Assembly (NCBI RefSeq): GCF_001194135.2
Contig: NC_068997.1
Coordinates: 9,621,580 to 9,662,659, forward strand
Source of the DNA: Octopus bimaculoides
Taxonomy: Eukaryota
Length of the DNA stretch: 41,080 nucleotides
Direction: 5' to 3'
Shown: one piece after another, positions 35,316-41,080 of the stretch
How positions within the stretch are numbered: the first letter of the stretch is position 1
Layout of the letters: every line of letters begins with the position of its first letter
The notes under the pieces: model-generated
The model's input: only the letters and a program-made list of their open reading frames with translations
The model's database searches: none
What the model was told of the DNA's origin: nothing
Position numbers and translations under genes: made by a program

Positions 35316-36302
35316 AATTATAATAATTTTCTGAATGACTTTCACTCGCACTAAACTCATGCACAAGCACTAAACTCNNNNNNNNNNNNNNNNNNNNNNN
35401 NNNNNNNNNNNNNNNNNNNNNNNNNNNNNNNNNNNNNNNNNNNNNNNNNNNNNNNNNNNNNNNNNNNNNNNNNNNNNNNNNNNNNNNNNNNNNNNNNNNN
35501 NNNNNNNNNNNNNNNNNNNNNNNNNNNNNNNNNNNNNNNNNNNNNNNNNNNNNNNNNNNNNNNNNNNNNNNNNNNNNNNNNNNNNNNNNNNNNNNNNNNN
35601 NNNNNNNNNNNNNNNNNNNNNNNNNNNNNNNNNNNNNNNNNNNNNNNNNNNNNNNNNNNNNNNNNNNNNNNNNNNNNNNNNNNNNNNNNNNNNNNNNNNN
35701 NNNNNNNNNNNNNNNNNNNNNNNNNNNNNNNNNNNNNNNNNNNNNNNNNNNNNNNNNNNNNNNNNNNNNNNNNNNNNNNNNNNNNNNNNNNNNNNNNNNN
35801 NNNNNNNNNNNNNNNNNNNNNNNNNNNNNNNNNNNNNNNNNNNNNNNNNNNNNNNNNNNNNNNNNNNNNNNNNNNNNNNNNNNNNNNNNNNNNNNNNNNN
35901 NNNNNNNNNNNNNNNNNNNNNNNNNNNNNNNNNNNNNNNNNNNNNNNNNNNNNNNNNNNNNNNNNNNNNNNNNNNNNNNNNNNNNNNNNNNNNNNNNNNN
36001 NNNNNNNNNNNNNNNNNNNNNNNNNNNNNNNNNNNNNNNNNNNNNNNNNNNNNNNNNNNNNNNNNNNNNNNNNNNNNNNNNNNNNNNNNNNNNNNNNNNN
36101 NNNNNNNNNNNNNNNNNNNNNNNNNNNNNNNNNNNNNNNNNNNNNNNNNNNNNNNNNNNNNNNNNNNNNNNNNNNNNNNNNNNNNNNNNNNNNNNNNNNN
36201 NNNNNNNNNNNNNNNNNNNNNNNNNNNNNNNNNNNNNNNNNNNNNNNNNNNNNNNNNNNNNNNNNNNNNNNNNNNNNNNNNNNNNNNNNNNCAGAGAGTG
36301 TA

Positions 36303-36339
<37 letters not shown>

Positions 36340-36350
<11 letters not shown>

Positions 36351-36570
36351 ATATGTGTGTGTGTTTGTGTGTCTGTGTTTGTCCCCCTAGCATTGCTTGA
36401 CAACCGATGCTGGTGTGTTTATGTCCCCGTCACTTAGCGGTTCGGCAAAAGAGACCGATAGAATAAGTACTAGGCTTACAAAGAATAAGTCCCGGGGTCA
36501 ATTTGCTCGACTAAAAGGCAGTGCTCCAGCATGGCCAGTCAAATGACAGAAACAAGTAAAAAAAAAAAAG
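36340..36570 (+). mobile_element. Family B SINE 3' half (5' part probably in the gap)
   Basis: Near-identical to 3770-3985. Confidence 0.85.
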
Positions 36571-36699
36571 TATATACACACACACATATATATGTATATA
36601 TATATGTACATATCAAAAGGATGTACTATAATACTATTCTATAGTCATACCAACAATCCAACATACCTCCATCATCAGCTGCCCCACGGATATCATTAT

Positions 36700-36734
36700 G
36701 GTTAGGGTTAGAGTAAGGGTTAGGGTTAGGGTTA
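36700..36734 (+). repeat. Short interstitial (TTAGGG)n-like tract
   Basis: ggttagggttagagtaagggttagggttagggtta. Confidence 0.85.
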
Positions 36735-36820
36735 TCTGTGATCTCACTGAAGTGGATCTCAACAGAGAAAATATTGACTTCCATAAAGTGGAAAAAATAA
36801 ATGGAAGGTAAAAAGTTGGT

Positions 36821-36885
36821 AAATATTTCGGTGTGTACATAAATGTTTCAGTGTGAACGCAAATATTTCGGTGGGAATGCAAATA
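36821..36885. repeat. 20-bp minisatellite, 3.2 diverged copies
   Basis: aaatatttcggtgtgtacat / aaatgtttcagtgtgaacgc / aaatatttcggtgggaatgc / aaata. Confidence 0.85.
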
Positions 36886-37396
36886 GTGGTTACCTGGTAT
36901 CAGGGCATGCTAGAAATAGCAGCCCTGTTTTCCTTTTCTGGAAAAAAAGAGCCGTTTACATGTGATTTCAATGTCAAATTCGTTGAAAGCATGCAAAATA
37001 ACCTTGAAAAGTAAAAAAGATCCGCAAAACAAAATTCCCTTGGTGGGAAACTTCAAGGTCCCCACCATGCCTCCCACCTTTCTCTTCCGGAATAAAGTGG
37101 CTTGTGGCAGGTTTGGAGGACAGATACGTTGAATGCATAAAAAAAAAACTGTGGAAAGAAAGTATTCCACATCAAGGTACAAAATATTTACCGAAAGAAT
37201 AAAAGCTTTTACTGATTTTACCTGTATTTTAATTAATTCAAATTAATGTACTTCATCTTGAAAGGTGGCATAATTTTTGTCAGTTGCCATCTGAGATAAT
37301 TTTAGTAGCAAATCAAACAGGTAAGATACATTCAGAATTTCAATTTTAGTGTTTATCCATAATGTTATTACTTTTACACCTGTTAATTAAATTTAC

Positions 37397-37603
37397 CTGC
37401 TGGTGTGTTTATGTCCCCGTCAATTAGTGGTTCGGCAAAAGAGACTGATAGAATAAGTACTAGGCTTCCAAAGAATAAGTCCTGGGGTCAATTTGCTCGA
37501 CTAAAGGCNNNNNNNNNNGTCCTGGGGTCAATTTGCTCGACTAAAGGCGGTGCTCCAGCATGGCCGCAGTCAGATGACTGAAACAAGTAAAAGAGTAAAG
37601 AGT
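37397..37603 (+). mobile_element. Family B SINE 3' part split by a 10-N gap
   Basis: tgctggtgtgtttatgtccccgt...gaaacaagtaaaagagtaaagag. The same 30 bp is repeated on both sides of the gap. Confidence 0.85.
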
Positions 37604-37753
37604 ACAACCATCCAGATCTCTGAATACCTTATTTTTTGTAATATGTATATATATATATATATGGTGGTTGTCTACTCCTTAAACAGAGTTTGACCACCTC
37701 CTGCACCTACACCTTAGCCCTTTCATGGCGTCTGATGTGGCTTTTTAAACCAG

Positions 37754-37816
37754 ACAGTGTTTTGAAAAAACACCCACACAGATTACACCTCTGATTTGCA
37801 CTACCAATACCTGCAG
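37754..37816 (+). other. Candidate internal exon (alternative acceptor at 37687)
   Basis: Consensus donor CAG|GTAAGT at 37816|37817. Acceptors tactccttaaacAG| (37686) and ctttttaaaccAG| (37753). All frames from 37687 close; one frame from 37754 is open. Confidence 0.3.
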
Positions 37817-39592
37817 GTAAGTTCTGCTCATTGTGGATCCTAACATGTCTTTTAANNNNNNNNNNNNNNNNNNNNNNNNNNNNNNNNNNNNNNNNNNNNN
37901 NNNNNNNNNNNNNNNNNNNNNNNNNNNNNNNNNNNNNNNNNNNNNNNNNNNNNNNNNNNNNNNNNNNNNNNNNNNNNNNNNNNNNNNNNNNNNNNNNNNN
38001 NNNNNNNNNNNNNNNNNNNNNNNNNNNNNNNNNNNNNNNNNNNNNNNNNNNNNNNNNNNNNNNNNNNNNNNNNNNNNNNNNNNNNNNNNNNNNNNNNNNN
38101 NNNNNNNNNNNNNNNNNNNNNNNNNNNNNNNNNNNNNNNNNNNNNNNNNNNNNNNNNNNNNNNNNNNNNNNNNNNNNNNNNNNNNNNNNNNNNNNNNNNN
38201 NNNNNNNNNNNNNNNNNNNNNNNNNNNNNNNNNNNNNNNNNNNNNNNNNNNNNNNNNNNNNNNNNNNNNNNNNNNNNNNNNNNNNNNNNNNNNNNNNNNN
38301 NNNNNNNNNNNNNNNNNNNNNNNNNNNNNNNNNNNNNNNNNNNNNNNNNNNNNNNNNNNNNNNNNNNNNNNNNNNNNNNNNNNNNNNNNNNNNNNNNNNN
38401 NNNNNNNNNNNNNNNNNNNNNNNNNNNNNNNNNNNNNNNNNNNNNNNNNNNNNNNNNNNNNNNNNNNNNAATACTTCTATAATAAAAAAAAAGATAGTTT
38501 GTATCAGTTTATTTTGTAAGAAAGAAGGTCTGTCTAAATTTTGTTCACATTATCCAAGTGGTACAGATAGAATCGAATAGTTGACATTGTTGCTAAGTGA
38601 TGGAAATGCAGTCAAACAAGGAAAACGTAACTGTGCTTGAACGCAGTTTTATAAAATTCTGAAATGAAAATAAAATCGTTTGAATCAGAATAATTGAAAT
38701 TTATTACCCAAAAGATGAATATTTCAGTTTCCTTTCGAATTTTTCAGCATTTTAAACATTTTCACCTAATTTTTAAAAATTGTTTACATCTCCATAATAT
38801 TTATTTTTGATATATTTTTATAATTTCTTTTGTAATATATCGTTCAAAATACATAAAGCAAAAATATATATATTGTATTTTTCATAATTGATTAATAATT
38901 CTAATTCTCGTAAGGTGAGAAATTAGCTTTATATTAACCTTCCGCATAGGTAAAATTGTAACGAAACCGGACCGGATGTTAGGAATTATTGTACCCGGTG
39001 TTTTTCCCCGTCTAATTGCACGTACTCTAGAATACAATATCGTTTAACGTTGAGGATATACAATTATATATATATTTTAAAATGGTTTTAAAATGTCAAG
39101 AGGACAGCTTTTTAACCGAGGTAAATTCAAGCCAATATTTTTTCTATAAATATTTTTTCTAATATTGTACTTTTGTATTATAAAATTACTTCGTCTATTT
39201 TGTTTACTAATCAGTTTAGACTATTTTGTTTACTAAAAGTATAAACTCTTCTCCTGTTGCTCTATAAAAAAGATGTTTTATTTCATTTTATATACATTTT
39301 CGTTCTTCTTGACTTTTCAATTCTGGTTGAATAAAATTTATTATATTTTCTTATATAAGGGGGGAAAAAAATCAAATTTTTTGGTTGGGCACATTAAACG
39401 TTTCGACCCGACAACATTATTGAAAAACAATAATTACAAGAGGAAACAGACCCACCGGTCGGAGAAAATTGGTGTCTGACATGTGGCAAAAGGGAAAGTA
39501 AAGTTCTAAACTTATAGACGACCGTTTTTAATAATATTTACGTTGAAAATCTCAGTTAATTCTTTCATACTAATATTTTGGATTTTGTTTTC

Positions 39593-39743
39593 CTATAATT
39601 CCATCGCGGCGATCCTTCGGTATTGATATCCAGGGTGTCGGTATGCAGAGACGATGTCAGTTACTCTCTTTTCCAGCCTAGCCTCTTTATCTATGTGCCA
39701 TGAGGGTAGGTTGTAAGGGTGAATGATGTCGTCCACCAAACCC
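39593..39743 (-). CDS. Candidate terminal coding exon GLVDDIIHPYNLPSWHIDKEARLEKRVTDIVSAYRHPGYQYRRIAAMEL*
   Basis: Acceptor gtcatttttAG| at 39745-39744 and a complex, protein-like, GC-elevated 49-codon phase-2 frame ending in TAG. No family recognised. Confidence 0.3.
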
Positions 39744-39753
39744 CTAAAAATGA

Positions 39754-40068
39754 CACAGGTGTGGCTATGTGGTAAGCAGTTTGCTTCCCAAACACATGGC
39801 TCTGGGTTCAGCCCCACTGTGTGACACATTGGGCAAGTATTTTCTACAGCAGCTCCGAGCTGACGAAAAACCAGTGCTGCTTTGTTTATGTCTCCCCAAA
39901 CTTAGCGGTTCTGCAAAATAGTTGATAGACTAAGTACCAGAATAATAATAATTAAAAAAAAAAAAACGTACTGTGGTCGATTTATACAACTAAACCGCTT
40001 TGGACGTAGCTGTAGTGTGGCCGCAACCAAATGAGTGAAACCAATAAAAGATATAAAGTAAAAAAGAA
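39754..40068 (+). mobile_element. Diverged family B SINE with internal deletion
   Basis: caggtgtggctatgtggtaagcagtttgcttccc...gggttcagcccc...ttgggcaagtat...cttagcggttctgc...aatgagtgaaacc. Confidence 0.75.
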
Positions 40069-40429
40069 AACAACAACATATATTCGACAACTGAAATAGG
40101 TAATAACCATTTTAAGGGCCTGTTGTAGCAAATAAGGAAGCCTAATCAACTTTTGGTGTTATTTCGGTGAAGTACATGTCTCACCTGGATGTCACGAAAT
40201 AAATAACACGTGTAGCTAATTTCTCAAAGATTGGTCTTCTTAACTATTTAACGTATTTATTTTCTAAAGTATGGAGCAAAATATATATCCTTGTTTGAAG
40301 TTCTTTCACCTTTTAAACCTCAGCTGACCCTTATAATGACCAGAGCCATTTCAGTTACGAATATATCGTCTTCTTAAGGATGTTCATGACTACGTAATTA
40401 AACATTTATTTTCCTTGTTTACGGTTTGT

Positions 40430-40780
40430 GAGTGTAAGTTGAATGAGATTTGGCTGCCATCTCTAGCAAGTCAAACGTTTACGTTGAGGTTTATTCGTCG
40501 GTTAAAGAGGAAGAGTTTGTGTTCATGTTTTTCACAAGCCCTTCGAGACTGGTCAGCACGGTTAATATTCTCTTTGAAAGACTTCTGCAAGTTGAACGCC
40601 ACAGGACAAACATAGACAGAGAGGGTTGACGTACTATGGAAGGAACGACAAGGAAAGTAGTTGGCATACCTACACAACTGCGCCCCATTTTATCCGCCGC
40701 CCCGTAACTTTCAGAAAAATTGGTATTTCGTAATGAGATCTTCTTCAACGATCCTTTAGCTGATGTAGATTCCGATTACA
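40430..40780 (-). mobile_element. Probable longer family E retroposon fragment
   Basis: Reverse strand gacttgctagagatggcagccaaatctc (40445-40472) matches the family E motif. Extension of the repeat to about 40780 is inferred. Confidence 0.45.
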
Positions 40781-40857
40781 TCAGACTTTAATATTGAAAA
40801 AAAAAAAAAAAAAAAAATTGCTGGGCGCTCACACAACATATACTGACACATGTACCC

Positions 40858-41080
40858 GTTTACTCTTTTACTTGTTTCAGTCATTTGACTGTGGCCATGC
40901 TGGAACACCGCCTTTAGTCGAGCAAATCGACCCCAGGACTTATTCTTTGGAAGCCTAGTACTTATTCTATCAGACTCTTTTGCCGAACCGCTAAGTTACG
41001 GGGACGTAAACACATCACCATCGGTTGTCAAGCGATGGTGGGGGGGGGGACGAACATAAGCACACATATATATATATACA
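40858..41080 (-). mobile_element. Young family B SINE 3' half, running off the window end
   Basis: Near-identical to 15597-15830. Confidence 0.85.

Noticed and set aside
36700-36734. True telomere
   Set aside because: Only about six degenerate units with complex sequence on both sides.
39393-39425. Minus-strand GTCGAAACGTTT resembling the 3' half of a hammerhead
   Set aside because: The CUGANGA half is absent.
40471-40748. Overlapping 68-aa and 85-aa minus-strand ORFs with splice-like signals
   Set aside because: They run directly into the family E repeat motif and are more likely repeat-derived; no homology recognised.

Overview
AT-rich, repeat-dense eukaryotic DNA from a gapped short-read scaffold (ten N-gaps, most abutting (TA)n tracts). 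The SINE families and microsatellite landscape look like a coleoid cephalopod, probably Octopus; this is my recognition, not a database result. No complete or recognisable protein-coding gene, RNA gene or CRISPR array is present. All ORFs over 200 aa are artefacts of N-runs, and most shorter ones come from microsatellites or repeats. Supported content: at least five SINE-like families (several copies with intact target-site duplications), two TTAA-flanked piggyBac-like MITEs, a Helitron 3' terminus, and decayed remnants of three retroelement clades (HERO-type RLE, R4/Dong-type CCHC+RLE, Penelope GIY-YIG). A solitary Penelope-type minimal hammerhead ribozyme motif sits at 21744-21776. A CpG-rich zone near 29.9-30.6 kb has two divergent candidate first exons with consensus donors. 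CpG density changes markedly between about 4.6-19 kb (depleted) and 21.7-32 kb (retained). I found no convincing evidence of a new biological system. The best leads are the hammerhead motifs, the divergent transcription unit with small exons, and the CpG boundary. Repeat boundaries are by-eye estimates (about +/-10-20 bp unless a TSD or TIR is given).
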